Below are positions 49,367 through 59,071 of a stretch of DNA of 59,071 nt, in pieces. The stretch covers positions 1 through 59,071 of IMG/VR virus record IMGVR_UViG_3300048589_000569, one strand, 5' to 3'. Each line of letters opens with the position of its first letter. The first letter of the stretch is position 1. The notes beneath the pieces are model-generated. The model made no database searches, was not told where the DNA came from, and saw nothing but the letters and a program-made list of their open reading frames with translations. The stretch comes from a virus (Duplodnaviria > Caudoviricetes). The position numbers and the translations under genes are program-made.

Positions 49367-50450
49367 CGGGGTCTTTGTCCATTTCGAGGGCGACGGAGAG
49401 GGGGTACACCTCTTCGCCGCATGAGGGGCACACAAAGGTTTCTTCGTCGCCTTCCCAACACTGGAGTTCGTGAAACTGAAGAACGTCTCGACACTCCATA
49501 CAGACGTACTCGTCAGGGAGGTAGTTGGGGTCCAGTCCCGAGTCGACGACCGACTTTGTGGCAGGGCTGTAGGTCTTACTACGATCGTAGGCGAGGTAGT
49601 TCCAGTCGTCAGACGAGTCGTCGAAGAAATCGTGGCCGCTGAGGAGAGGAGAGGAGAGGGAGGATTTGGAGGAGCGGTAGGAGTAGCGGGGGGAGGGGAC
49701 GTGGGGGAAGACGGGGAAGGACTTTTGGGTGAGGAGTTTGGTGAGGTAGGTGTATGTGCGGTAAAAGTCGAGAAGGTCGAGGGTTTCGGAGAGGTGGTGT
49801 TCGTTGCGGTAGCCGGTCGAGATGTTGACGCCCGCTAGGTCGAGGGCGGGGGACACTACGCCTACGTCGGAGAAGGAGCCGGAGGCTTCGGAGTACTCGA
49901 AGAAGTGACGACGGAGGTAGGCGTCGAAGGCTTTGTTGGCCCCATCGTAGTAGACGAGGTCGTGACTCCCTCGCCGATCGAACTGCATACAGAAGGAGTG
50001 GTCTTTGAGGGTGTTGACGTGGAGTTCGGAGCAGTCTCCACTGCCCAGGCAACCGACCTCCTCATCGGAGACGAGGAGTAGAGAGTGGCCGGAGTTACGA
50101 ATGAGCCAGAGGATGGCGCAGCCTGCCCGATCGTCGGCGCCTAGACCACGGAAGCGTTCAGATGCTTCGGGTTTGTCGCCTTCGTAGAAGCCGGAGAAGA
50201 AAGTGTGTCCGTAACGATCGACGTAGAAGGGGTCGGCTTCGTCGAAGACGGTGTCGGTGTGGGCGATGAACAGGATGCGTCCGGAGGCGGAAGGACGATC
50301 GCCGGGGACGAAGACGGCGTCGTGTGAGGCGCTGGGGGTAGAGAGACGAACGGCGTTGTGGAGGGAGGCGAAACGATTGAGAACATCGAGTTCGGTGGAC
50401 TCGATGAATTGCTTGGCGACTTCAGCCGCTTGTTCGAATGTCGCTGCCAT
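49332..50450 (-). CDS. M28/M20-like Zn peptidase-fold protein
   Basis: AHTDTV, LGADDRAG, DEEVGCLGS, FDRRG, SDV, NISTGYRNEH. Confidence 0.8.
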   Translation of the reverse strand: MAATFEQAAEVAKQFIESTELDVLNRFASLHNAVRLSTPSASHDAVFVPGDRPSASGRILFIAHTDTVFDEADPFYVDRYGHTFFSGFYEGDKPEASERFRGLGADDRAGCAILWLIRNSGHSLLLVSDEEVGCLGSGDCSELHVNTLKDHSFCMQFDRRGSHDLVYYDGANKAFDAYLRRHFFEYSEASGSFSDVGVVSPALDLAGVNISTGYRNEHHLSETLDLLDFYRTYTYLTKLLTQKSFPVFPHVPSPRYSYRSSKSSLSSPLLSGHDFFDDSSDDWNYLAYDRSKTYSPATKSVVDSGLDPNYLPDEYVCMECRDVLQFHELQCWEGDEETFVCPSCGEEVYPLSVALEMDKDPDDDTDPSHLLS

Positions 50451-52309
50451 TAGATGGCCACCTTTGCGTTGGAGATCTTGTAAGTCTCTTCGCCATCATC
50501 ATCCTCGCAGAGGATGACTCGGCCCGTGTCGATGTCGTTTTGGTGGCAGTACTCGCCATCAGGCAACTCGACGGTTTGAGGGTGATCACGGTCGAGGGAG
50601 CCTCCTATCACCGATTGGACGAGGTTGTCGTCGTCGAGGAGGAGACGGCCTTGGCCATAGTCGAGGCGGACGAGGGTGTCATCGTCGCAGTGAACGGTTT
50701 GGCCATTGTTGGTTTCTACGGCGTTGTCTGCGCGGATGTATTCGCCCTGGTAGTCTTCGACGACTTGATGGGTCCAGAAGTAGTCGCCTTCCAACGAGGA
50801 GTAGACGGCGTCGTCCTCGTAGATCCACTCCTCATTCCACTCAGACCACCTGAAACACTCCATGCAATTTGAGCAGTAGTTGCTGTCGCTGACAGAGGTG
50901 AGGTCGTCATTGTCGAAACGGTCGCCGCAGTCGTCACAGCACGAAGAGTTGCCGACTAAGTCGTCCCACGTACAGTCGTCGATGCGCTCGTCTGAGAGGG
51001 GGGTGAATTTGCAGAGGTGTGAACGAGAGACAGTGAAGTGAGGGACAGCGGTGTCTTTAGAGAAGAGGGGGGAGGAGGGGTGCCCCATGGCGTTTGTAGG
51101 GGTGGGGGAGGGGACGTAGACTCGGGAGTAGTCGTAGTTGACGTAGACGCCCCAGATGGAAAGGGCGTAGCCGGAGGTTCGGGAGTCATGGAGGTGAGCG
51201 GTGGGTTCAGGGCCGTAAAGGGAACGATGGAGGGAGAGGATGGACTCCTCCATCAGGGAGATGAGGGTGGCGCGAGAGAGGTCTTTGGATCCACGGGTGT
51301 AGTTGTGGTTGCTGATGACGAGAGCGTCTTCGGACCAGTAGCCCCAACCGCGAGAGATGGGGTGTTTGGAGTCGAAGACAGAGGTGTCGAAGTCTTCGAG
51401 GGTAGTGAGGTCGGCGAAGTCGGAGGCCGGTCGGATCTGACAGACGAATGAGTTGGGGTGTGCCGCCAGCGAGAGGCAGTGGTGAGCGTTTTCGTGGTCG
51501 GGAGCGAAGCACGAACCATTGTCGCAACCCATGCATCCGAGTTGGAGGAAGTGGTGGGGGGCGAAGAGGATGCAAAGGACGTAGTCGGAGAAGGATTGCG
51601 GAGTCCTGATGCGATCGGCTTCGTTGACACAGCCTAGGAGGTCATCGAACTTCGACCCATAGAGGACTGTGACTCCTCCAAGCAAGTTGAACGCGTTACT
51701 GTCGACGAGGTCCACCCATCGCTTGGACATGCGGGGGATCCACGAATAGATGCTCGCCTTGCCGACGCGACGCGAGGCCATCGGCGCCGAAGCGAACACC
51801 TCCTCCCACAAGTTTTGAGGAGTGCAGCCACCCTTGTAGTATTTTGCGTATGCAGAGGCGAAAGCGTCGAGAGTGGGGTGGAACGCTTCGAGTGAACGAG
51901 AGAAGTCCCGAAGAGTTTCGGACTCAGCCATCGCCTTCTTGTAAAAGGCATAGCATTCACGACTACCAAAGGGAAGCATGTTGGGGAGGCGGGGGTCGGA
52001 GGGGTCGAGAAAGCCGGAGGCAAAGAGGATGGGGTGGAGACTGTTGATGAGTCTGGTGTTGAAGGATCCTTCCACATGGGGGGTAAGGGAGAGGTCAGGA
52101 GGGATGCGGTAGAAGTAGCCTATGTGGTTACCGAAGGTCTTGATGAGGGGTTGCTTGGCGGTGAGGCACCCCTCCACGAATCGCTTGAGGGTGGGAAGTT
52201 CGGAGCAGTCGTCGAAGCGTCGCTCCGACCACATGTCTTGGGAGAGAAGGGTGGAGTGAGTGACGGCTTCTTCGAGGGTGCGAATGTGAGTGAGGGACTG
52301 ATCGAGCAT
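50450..52309 (-). CDS. hypothetical protein (619 aa) with C-terminal CxxC and acidic repeats
   Basis: GSCF, SRGWGYW, CDDCGD, YCSNC, repeated W/Y-I-x-x-D-D/N-A-V units. Confidence 0.7.
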   Translation of the reverse strand: MLDQSLTHIRTLEEAVTHSTLLSQDMWSERRFDDCSELPTLKRFVEGCLTAKQPLIKTFGNHIGYFYRIPPDLSLTPHVEGSFNTRLINSLHPILFASGFLDPSDPRLPNMLPFGSRECYAFYKKAMAESETLRDFSRSLEAFHPTLDAFASAYAKYYKGGCTPQNLWEEVFASAPMASRRVGKASIYSWIPRMSKRWVDLVDSNAFNLLGGVTVLYGSKFDDLLGCVNEADRIRTPQSFSDYVLCILFAPHHFLQLGCMGCDNGSCFAPDHENAHHCLSLAAHPNSFVCQIRPASDFADLTTLEDFDTSVFDSKHPISRGWGYWSEDALVISNHNYTRGSKDLSRATLISLMEESILSLHRSLYGPEPTAHLHDSRTSGYALSIWGVYVNYDYSRVYVPSPTPTNAMGHPSSPLFSKDTAVPHFTVSRSHLCKFTPLSDERIDDCTWDDLVGNSSCCDDCGDRFDNDDLTSVSDSNYCSNCMECFRWSEWNEEWIYEDDAVYSSLEGDYFWTHQVVEDYQGEYIRADNAVETNNGQTVHCDDDTLVRLDYGQGRLLLDDDNLVQSVIGGSLDRDHPQTVELPDGEYCHQNDIDTGRVILCEDDDGEETYKISNAKVAI

Positions 52310-52310
52310 A

Positions 52311-55300
52311 CTAACTCCTATCTGTGAGGTTTGCGGCCTTCAATGACAGACGGGCCAGGGTGCGTGAATGGGTGAGTTCGGTGAGATGAACAAGGACCAA
52401 AGTGAGAACGACGAGAGGCCAGAACACTAGCGACCTCGAACGAGGTCTTCGTCGGGCTCCTCGTTCAGACGTTCGGTCAGGTACGCTTCGATCCGTTCGA
52501 GTAGGCAAGCGTCGTCTACCTCCTTTCCTTCGAGGGTTACCGAGTCGACAACGGCGACATAGTTACCCGTGTAGTAGGAGTAGGCGTCGAAGCCATCGTA
52601 CCAAGGCAACGACTCCTTCTCCACCGAGAACTCCACCTCATACTCCACGTCGTCAAGGTCAATCTTCATCGAGATAATCACACTCCACTTTGTTGTCGCA
52701 GTAGTGAAGGAGTCCTTTCAAACGAACGACGTTGAGTTCTGCGGGGATTATTACATCTTCTCCTGTCTTGAGGACAGTGGCATGGACGTGAGATCCAGTG
52801 CTATCAACGAACGACCTTCGAATGAGAGGATTTTCTGTTTCGGGGTAACGAAAGATTTCTCCTTTGACCATACGACCGACTGGAATGGTTGTGCCCGACG
52901 TGGCTACGCATTTGACTTTCATGAGGGCTCCTTGGGAATGGAAATGCCCCCGCCATCCGGGGAGGACAGCAGGGGCAGTCTCGGCTACGACCTGCCACTT
53001 CGGAGCAGCGAACACGAAAGGCACGAATGACCTCGCGGTCGCTTAACGGTCAGGTGTGCTGAGTGGTGGGATCAGCGACGACCAGCGAAGAGGTCGCGGA
53101 GTTGGTTACCCAGATTCGACAGGAACGAGTCGACCGGGTCCCCCTGCTTGCAGCAGTCATCGGAAGAACAGAGGTCGACGGTGCGACCGCGATCAGAGTC
53201 GATGGAGGGGGTGGGGGTTGGGAGGTAGTTGGGGAGGTTGAGGGCCTGCTTGATAGCCTCACCGAGAGTCTCCAGGTCGTCGAACCACGCAAACGCTTCG
53301 AGGTCGATGATGGGGTTGCCATCCTCGTCGTGGAGGTTGTCGTCGTCGATGGTGGAGCCGGTGACGGGAGTGGAGAAGGAGTAGGGGGAGGAGGAGGTGG
53401 GGCGAGAGAGGGCGAGGAAGGGGCGTCGCTTCTGGAAGTTGAAGGCGGAGTACTTGACGACGTTGGAGTCGGCGGGGATGGGCATCGAGATGATGCGCAC
53501 CTTGGCTTCGGACGAACGGAGGGTCATGAGGGCGGAGATGGCCGCGTCGATCTGAGAAACAGTGAGAGACATACTGCAATCCTTTCCTAGGAAGGAAACA
53601 ATGAGACACTCCCTACAGCGGGAGTTAGTCGGATGAGGGGGGTTGCTTGAGGGCTTCGGTGTAGATAGAGCCATCGAAGTCGAGGTCGGACAGTTGGTCG
53701 TTGAATGCCTGTTCGATCTCCAACAACGTAGGGTCGTCGTCGGCGAGGGGGCCGTTGGGACCGGTGATGTTGGTGATGTAGATGGTGTCGGGTTCGGAGT
53801 TGGCGATCGAAGATTGGACAGTGAAGGGGCCGCCGGGAAGGTTGACAGTGTGGTAGAAAGACAGACCGACGAACTTGAATTCCATGTTAGTGTTCCGAGT
53901 CGAGTGAGGTGAGGAGGGCGGCGACGATCTGTTGTTGCTCGGCCTTTTCGATGAGCAAGGCCAATCGCTTCACCTCCGATGAGGGGTAGGAGATGGAGTG
54001 GCCCTTGCCCGTCCGAACGGTAACGAGGTTTCTCGTCGTGTCAATGATGACGGTGGATTTGGAGGCGGTGCGGGGGCGAGAATGGAAACGATGCTCTTTG
54101 AGTTGGGTGGTGGTCTTAGCCAAAGAGGTAACTCCACGTGTCGATGACCATACGGAACAGGGCGACACTCGCGATCGCGGCGACAGCCCCCATGAAAAAG
54201 CCGACGGCCAGCATCACGAACGCCGTGCCCGCCAACGATTCGAACACCTCGTCGTCATCCTTGAGCAGGATGAGCGGCTGTTCTCCTTCTTCCATATCAG
54301 TCTCCTTCTCTGCGTTTGATGTATTCTTCGTGCTTTGCTATCTGCTCGTCGAGCAACGCTCTTCGTTCGCGTTCGAGTTGGTCAGGGTCGATGTCATAAA
54401 ACATCGAGACGAGTTGAATGTCTGACTTATGGGTTCGGAAGTATTCACCGAAGGAGTCAGTCTCGCAGATCGAATACCCTTTCGATCCAAGCCATTCGAT
54501 GAACTCTAGGACACGAGAGCCCCCATCACAAAGGGCATCTGCCCATTTGTCGATCATGTCTCTTTGCATCACGCACCTCCCTTCACGTCGGCCTGCGATG
54601 CGTCTGCGCGGCTCGCGGCCTGCGCCGTCTCGCTGGAGATGCGGGAGAGGAACGCTTCAAGCCGATTGAGGTCGCCTATCGCTGGCCGGTGGGCGACCTT
54701 GAACATCGCAAGGCACCACTTCAGTTCGTCGTACATCTCCCCCGCGTGCTTCGTGAGCGGGGTTTCGGGGATCAGGCGGTGGACGAGGGTGTCGGGATTG
54801 AGCACCGCGCCGGCGCCGAGGCGAACGCCTGTCGCATTCCTCGATTCGACGAGTTGCGGCATACCCGCGCCCACGCGACTGCGAAGGCACACGGTCTCGC
54901 CTACGGCAAGGTCGCCGAGCGGGTGGAGGATGGGTTGGGTGGGGTCAGGCATTGTGTTCCTTTCGTGAGTGAGGTTAGTCCCATTCGTCTTCGAAGTCAT
55001 CGTCGTCGACGCGACCGCGGAGGAGATTGTGGTGACAGGAGGAGAGGACGGAGGGGGCTTCGAGATCGACAGAGGTGCGGCCAGTGGCTTTCTGGATAGA
55101 GTCGGCGATGTCGAGTTTGCGTGTGATTGCTTCGAAGAGGTATGGAGCAAGGCGCTCGACGGTCGCTCGGTACATAGTTCGATAGGATTCGACTGGCATA
55201 GTCGAAGGCCTATCCCCGTAGAGGTACTTGGCTCGACGACTCTTCTCGAGGGGGGCATTGAGGTCGCGATTGATGAGTTCGGTGGCTGCGATGAGTGGAC

Positions 55301-56363
55301 GAAGAATCAAGTTGATGGTGTTGATGAGGTGAGTGTCGTCCATCGCACAGACGTACATCTTTGTACCTTCAGCAGTTGTGTGAGTGTGCATGGGGTTCCT
55401 TTAGCGGAGGGTGGAGTGGGTGTGGAAGAGGTAGAGACCTAAGCGTTCGTAGTGGTGGATGGAGTTGGCATGGCCGACCGGGACGAATTGACGACCCCGA
55501 TCAACGTAGACGATGGCCCCGTCGATAGGTCCGCCGTGGGCGAGGAGAGGGAAACCATCGTACATGGAGCAGTTGGGGTTGTTGGAGAGGGATTCGACTG
55601 CGTAGGTGTCGAGGAGGTGGTGAGAAGTGTCGGGGTGGATGTCTTCGTCTGTGAAGTCGAGCAAGTTTGGTTCGTGCGGCACAGCGATTCTCCTTTCAGG
55701 CGGGGGTTGGAACGGTGAGGTTGTACTTGAGACCCAGTGCGATGAGTTGTTCAGGCGTAGTGTTGCCTGAGTCGTGCCACGACTGGAGAGCACTAAGGAA
55801 GCCTACGTCTTTGCCGAAGTCCGGGTCGTCCGGGGACATGTTGAGGTGAACGAGGATTTCACCGACGAGGCGACGCCTTTTCGATTCCATTGACTCCGGA
55901 AATCTAGTCACAACGTCGAAGATGGCGCGGACTGTGTTGCCCCCGAACTGTTGTTCGAGGCGGACGGTGAGGGGTTTGGGGAGGAGACAGGCGAAGGCGC
56001 AACCTGGATGGCCGGGGGACACCATATCTCCATCGTACGTACACCCGTTCCCCCTCGCACCGATCCTTGCGAGGGAGCGGGGGAGGGAACGGGTGACGAA
56101 GGTGTCATACACACGGTCGAAGGCGGCTTGTCTGTCGAGCACGGGATTCTCCTTCAAAAGGGGATGATTGGCTTGAGGATGAAGATGTCGCGGTCTTTGT
56201 CGATAAAGGTTTTGTCTCCGCTTGCGAACATGACCTCGATGCTACGATCGCGGTCTCTAGTGTCAGCAATCACCAGAGCGTTGTGACCGTCTACCACAAC
56301 GGCGTCGCCATATCTTGCGTCCTTAGCCTTTGATGTGACACGAGAGGCTGCTGGGTTACACAT
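52311..56363 (-). other. array of small early-region hypothetical genes (e.g. 52427-52681, 52659-52922, 53072-53572, 53625-53885, 54116-54295, 54297-54572, 54569-54952, 54975-55391, 55401-55679, 55696-56157, 56154-56363)
   Basis: Tightly packed - strand ORFs with AGGA/GGAG RBSs; no recognisable domains. Confidence 0.6.
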
Positions 56364-56393
56364 GATGGTCCTTTCAGGAATGAGGGGGTGGAA

Positions 56394-56468
56394 TGACCTC
56401 GGCAGGATTTGAACCTGCGTCTTCCGCTTGAGAAGCGGATGTCATGAGCCGGACTAGACTACGAGGCC
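56394..56468 (-). tRNA. tRNA-Glu(CUC)
   Basis: Acceptor GGCCTCG/CGAGGTC, anticodon arm TCCGC-TTCTCAA-GCGGA, T-arm GCAGG-TTCAAAT-CCTGC. Confidence 0.9.
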
Positions 56469-56515
56469 GGAAAGACCCCAGGAAGGGTCAAGAGAGTTGA
56501 GAACGGGAACGACGA

Positions 56516-56758
56516 TCAGTTGCGGATGGTGAGAATGGAGTCAGGGAATGACTCAACAAGAATGGATGATCTGAACTGAAACAGAGTTGCGGTCTCCAAG
56601 TTGATGCAGAGGGAGTAGTTGGAGTCGACGTTGATTTTGAAGTGGTTGGGATTGACCCGCATGTAGAATAGGTTGGGGGCATCGGAGAAGCGGAAGGGAA
56701 CTCCGATGGCGAGACCACAGAGAGGCTTTGAGCCGGTGATGTTGTGTTCGATCTCCAT
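56516..56758 (-). CDS. hypothetical protein (80 aa)
   Basis: AGGAG RBS plus ATG at 56758. Confidence 0.55.
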   Translation of the reverse strand: MEIEHNITGSKPLCGLAIGVPFRFSDAPNLFYMRVNPNHFKINVDSNYSLCINLETATLFQFRSSILVESFPDSILTIRN

Positions 56759-56851
56759 GAGGTGACTCCTGAGGGTGGGGGGTTGGGAAGGAAGAAAACC
56801 CCGCAACCCCGGGGGAGGGAGAGGGGGCCGGAGAAAGGGCATGAGTCGTGG

Positions 56852-57196
56852 TTATGTGTGTTTGTCTGAGAACACTGCGGTGACTCGTGCTTCGCCTGTA
56901 ACTTGCGGAAACATGCTTCGTTCGAAGATTGCAAACCTCAATGGTTTGTTGGTAGGAAGATATCCGTTTTTGGCGCAAGTCGCATACACTAGGAGGTCTA
57001 CGAGTTGGTTCACTTGTGAAGGTTCAAGTTTAGATAGAGTTTGAATCAAGTGAAGTTGAAGGTAGAGAACCATAGACCCTTTCAAGTCAAAGGCGAAGTC
57101 GATGTCGTACATCTTTGTGGTGTCATCTAAGGTGTGTGGGTAGACGACGAGATGATGAACGAGTCTGGGGTCTGGATCAAATGGTGCTTTGGACAT
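56852..57196 (-). CDS. hypothetical protein (114 aa), lower GC
   Basis: AAGGAG RBS plus ATG at 57196. Confidence 0.6.
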   Translation of the reverse strand: MSKAPFDPDPRLVHHLVVYPHTLDDTTKMYDIDFAFDLKGSMVLYLQLHLIQTLSKLEPSQVNQLVDLLVYATCAKNGYLPTNKPLRFAIFERSMFPQVTGEARVTAVFSDKHT

Positions 57197-57225
57197 ACTT
57201 GTCTCTCCTTCAAGGTGCGGATGTG

Positions 57226-57259
57226 AAAAAACCCCCATGCCCGTTAGAGCGGTGGGGGT
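57226..57259 (-). terminator. rho-independent terminator
   Basis: ACCCCCA...TGGGGGT stem followed by a T run on the - strand. Confidence 0.6.
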
Positions 57260-58133
57260 CGGAGAGGGATGAGGCATGATTTGGATAAGGGGGGGGGTGA
57301 AACCTAAGCGACCGCGAGGTCAGGGGGTTGAGGGGGTTAGGGGAGGGAGGGGCGGCAGTTGGGGGAGGGGACGTGTTTGGTGCGGCGGCGGTAGCGACGT
57401 GGGGCGCGGGAGCCGTCGAAGAGGGGGTGGTGCTTGTCGCCGGAGATGGAGTAGCGGTTGGCGGTGGCGGAGGGGGAGACGCCGATGGGGGGGTCGGTGA
57501 GGTGGGAGCGGCGACAGGCGACGCCGCGGACGCCGAGGGATTCCCGGGCGGGTTGAAGGTGGGTGGGGCCACGGTCGGGGCGAAGGACGCCGATTGAGGT
57601 CCGGTCGAGCATGGATGAAACTCCTGGGAAAGGGTGTGACGAGTTGAAAGCCGGAACGACCCCCGCTGGGGAGTCGTCCGGGGTTTGTACAGCCACGGGT
57701 CGCGTTGGCTGGAACGCCCGAATCCTTCAAGGGTTGTGTTGTGTGGGTGCCCGACCGTTCGACGCTGATTCAAGCGTCCGGCGCATCCCCCGATTGGGGG
57801 ACACTTTCCCGTTGCGCAGTATCCGGAGCGGTACAGAGGGAGGGGGGGTAGCCGGATAGACCGGCGGCGCCGGGCGGATCAGTCGGCCCTGTCCACTAGG
57901 GGGAGGGGATGATCGGCCATGACGCAGCGTATGCGCGTTGGGTGGGATTCGCACTCCACCGCCGATTGGCGGTTGTCTAGGGCGGGGGTCGCTTCCGTGG
58001 ATCCCCGATCCCGGCTTTCTCGCGGCCCTAAGGCGGAGAGAGAGCGGAGAACGAGGGGAGCGACCCGTACCGAGTGCGCTCGCCCGATCCGTTGTCTAGG
58101 TCGGTGGGCGAGAGGGGGAAGGTAGGAAGCACG

Positions 58134-58155
58134 AAACCCCCGCTTTCACGGGGGA
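58134..58155 (-). terminator. terminator-like hairpin
   Basis: CCCCCG-TGAAAG-CGGGGG followed by TTT, downstream of ORF 58180. Confidence 0.5.
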
Positions 58156-58179
58156 GAGTGTATGTTAGCGGATGCTTAC

Positions 58180-58701
58180 TTAGAACCCTTCAGACTTGTA
58201 GGCGGACGCGAGAGCAGCACGCACGATCTTAGCGGATTCGCCCTTGTCACCGAGGACACGCAAGACGTCGGCGGGGCGGATGGTGGAGGTGTTCGGGACA
58301 CCAGCGGCTCGGGTGCCGGGGGGAAGGTCGCGGACGGATGAGCGGATGGCGGTCAACTCGCGCTCGGAATCGGCGATACGCTCGTCAACGGACGCGAGCG
58401 CAGAGCGGGAAGCAGCAGTGACAGACGCCGTTGATTCGGGGGAGGCGAAGGAAAGGATGAGAGCGGATGCGGCGTCCAGGGCGGCTCGGTCGGCCCGGGC
58501 GCGCTTGATCGAGGATTGGACGGATGCGCCGACACCGGCAAGGTAGGTGAGGGTACGCCCGTCGGTGAGGCGATCGTCGGCGATGCGCTTAGCCCAGGGG
58601 TAGGGGGAAGCGATGGGGGCGGGGGCGGGAGGGGTGTCCTGCGCCGGGGCGTCGATGGGGGCGACGGGGGCGGGGGTGGTGAGGGGGCGTGCTTTCGGCA
58701 T
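58180..58701 (-). CDS. hypothetical protein, first gene of the leftward arm
   Basis: GGAG RBS plus ATG at 58701; Ala-rich helical. Confidence 0.6.
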   Translation of the reverse strand: MPKARPLTTPAPVAPIDAPAQDTPPAPAPIASPYPWAKRIADDRLTDGRTLTYLAGVGASVQSSIKRARADRAALDAASALILSFASPESTASVTAASRSALASVDERIADSERELTAIRSSVRDLPPGTRAAGVPNTSTIRPADVLRVLGDKGESAKIVRAALASAYKSEGF

Positions 58702-58910
58702 TGCAAGATACTCCGACAAGGGGTGAATGCTCCCCCTCGACGTGAAGGGGAGCGGGAATCGGACAAGGGGAGTATCGGCGCAAAGTGGGGAAGAGTCTAC
58801 TAGGGGAAACACCGGGATTGAAGAAACTGGGGGAAGCACTGGGGACACCTCGAATAGGGGGGTCTGGTTGAAAGGGGGTTGTACTGGGAGACAGGAATGC
58901 TGTGAGACAG

Positions 58911-58948
58911 TAATGAGGGTGGGGGGGTAATGAGGGTGGGGGGGTAAT
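58911..58948 (+). repeat. 17-bp G-rich tandem repeat (TAATGAGGGTGGGGGGG x2)
   Basis: Read directly; abuts the right terminal repeat. Confidence 0.9.
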
Positions 58949-59071
58949 ATCAACATGTTGAATCACTTCAGGGCTGACCAATCCTAGAAATCCAAACAAA
59001 ATCCTCGCTACCCCCGTCGGCCCCCTCGTCCGCGGGTGAAAGGGGGGGTCAAAGGCCTTTTTCCCCTACTA
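58946..59071. repeat. right copy of 126-bp terminal direct repeat
   Basis: Identical to 4-129. Confidence 0.95.

Noticed and set aside
931-57321. Motif as a CRISPR repeat or mini-array
   Set aside because: Copies are 12-17 bp, kilobases apart, on both strands, with no regular spacers.
931-57321. Motif as cyanobacterial HIP1 (GCGATCGC)
   Set aside because: The core GCGGTCGC differs at one base, is non-palindromic and has conserved asymmetric flanks.
931-57321. Motif as a classical stoperator or phage-RNAP promoter
   Set aside because: Orientation does not follow transcription, most copies are intragenic, and no repressor, integrase or RNA polymerase was recognised. Not fully excluded.

Overview
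This window looks like a complete ~59 kb dsDNA tailed-phage genome with podovirus-like organisation; its ends share a 126-bp direct repeat (4-129 = 58946-59071). The rightward arm (~0.4-27.7 kb) encodes an SF3/D5-type helicase, terminase, portal, scaffold, major capsid, tail/nozzle-like and internal virion proteins, and a metallophosphoesterase. The leftward arm (~28-58.7 kb) encodes class II RNR with an intein, DUF5664 and MazG-like nucleotide hydrolases, a Sak4-like ATPase, PD-(D/E)XK and ERCC4 nucleases, a UDG-fused family A DNA polymerase with an intein, ThyX, glycosyltransferases, two tRNAs and many small early genes. A compositionally foreign island (~34-37.8 kb) carries an M64 peptidase with a dockerin-like tail, hinting at a Planctomycetota host (inference). 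The most striking unexplained signal is a dispersed asymmetric motif, (A)CCTCGCGGTCGC(TTAA). I found 19 exact copies of its 12-bp core by eye, on both strands, inside genes in five reading frames and between genes. At many copies the + strand switches from C-rich to G-rich, and the genome runs from extreme C-richness at the left end to extreme G-richness at the right end. This is the pattern expected if each copy acts as a small bidirectional replication origin or unwinding site (hypothesis). Several apparent single-base frameshifts in short homopolymers may be sequencing errors. All product calls are from motif recognition, not database searches.
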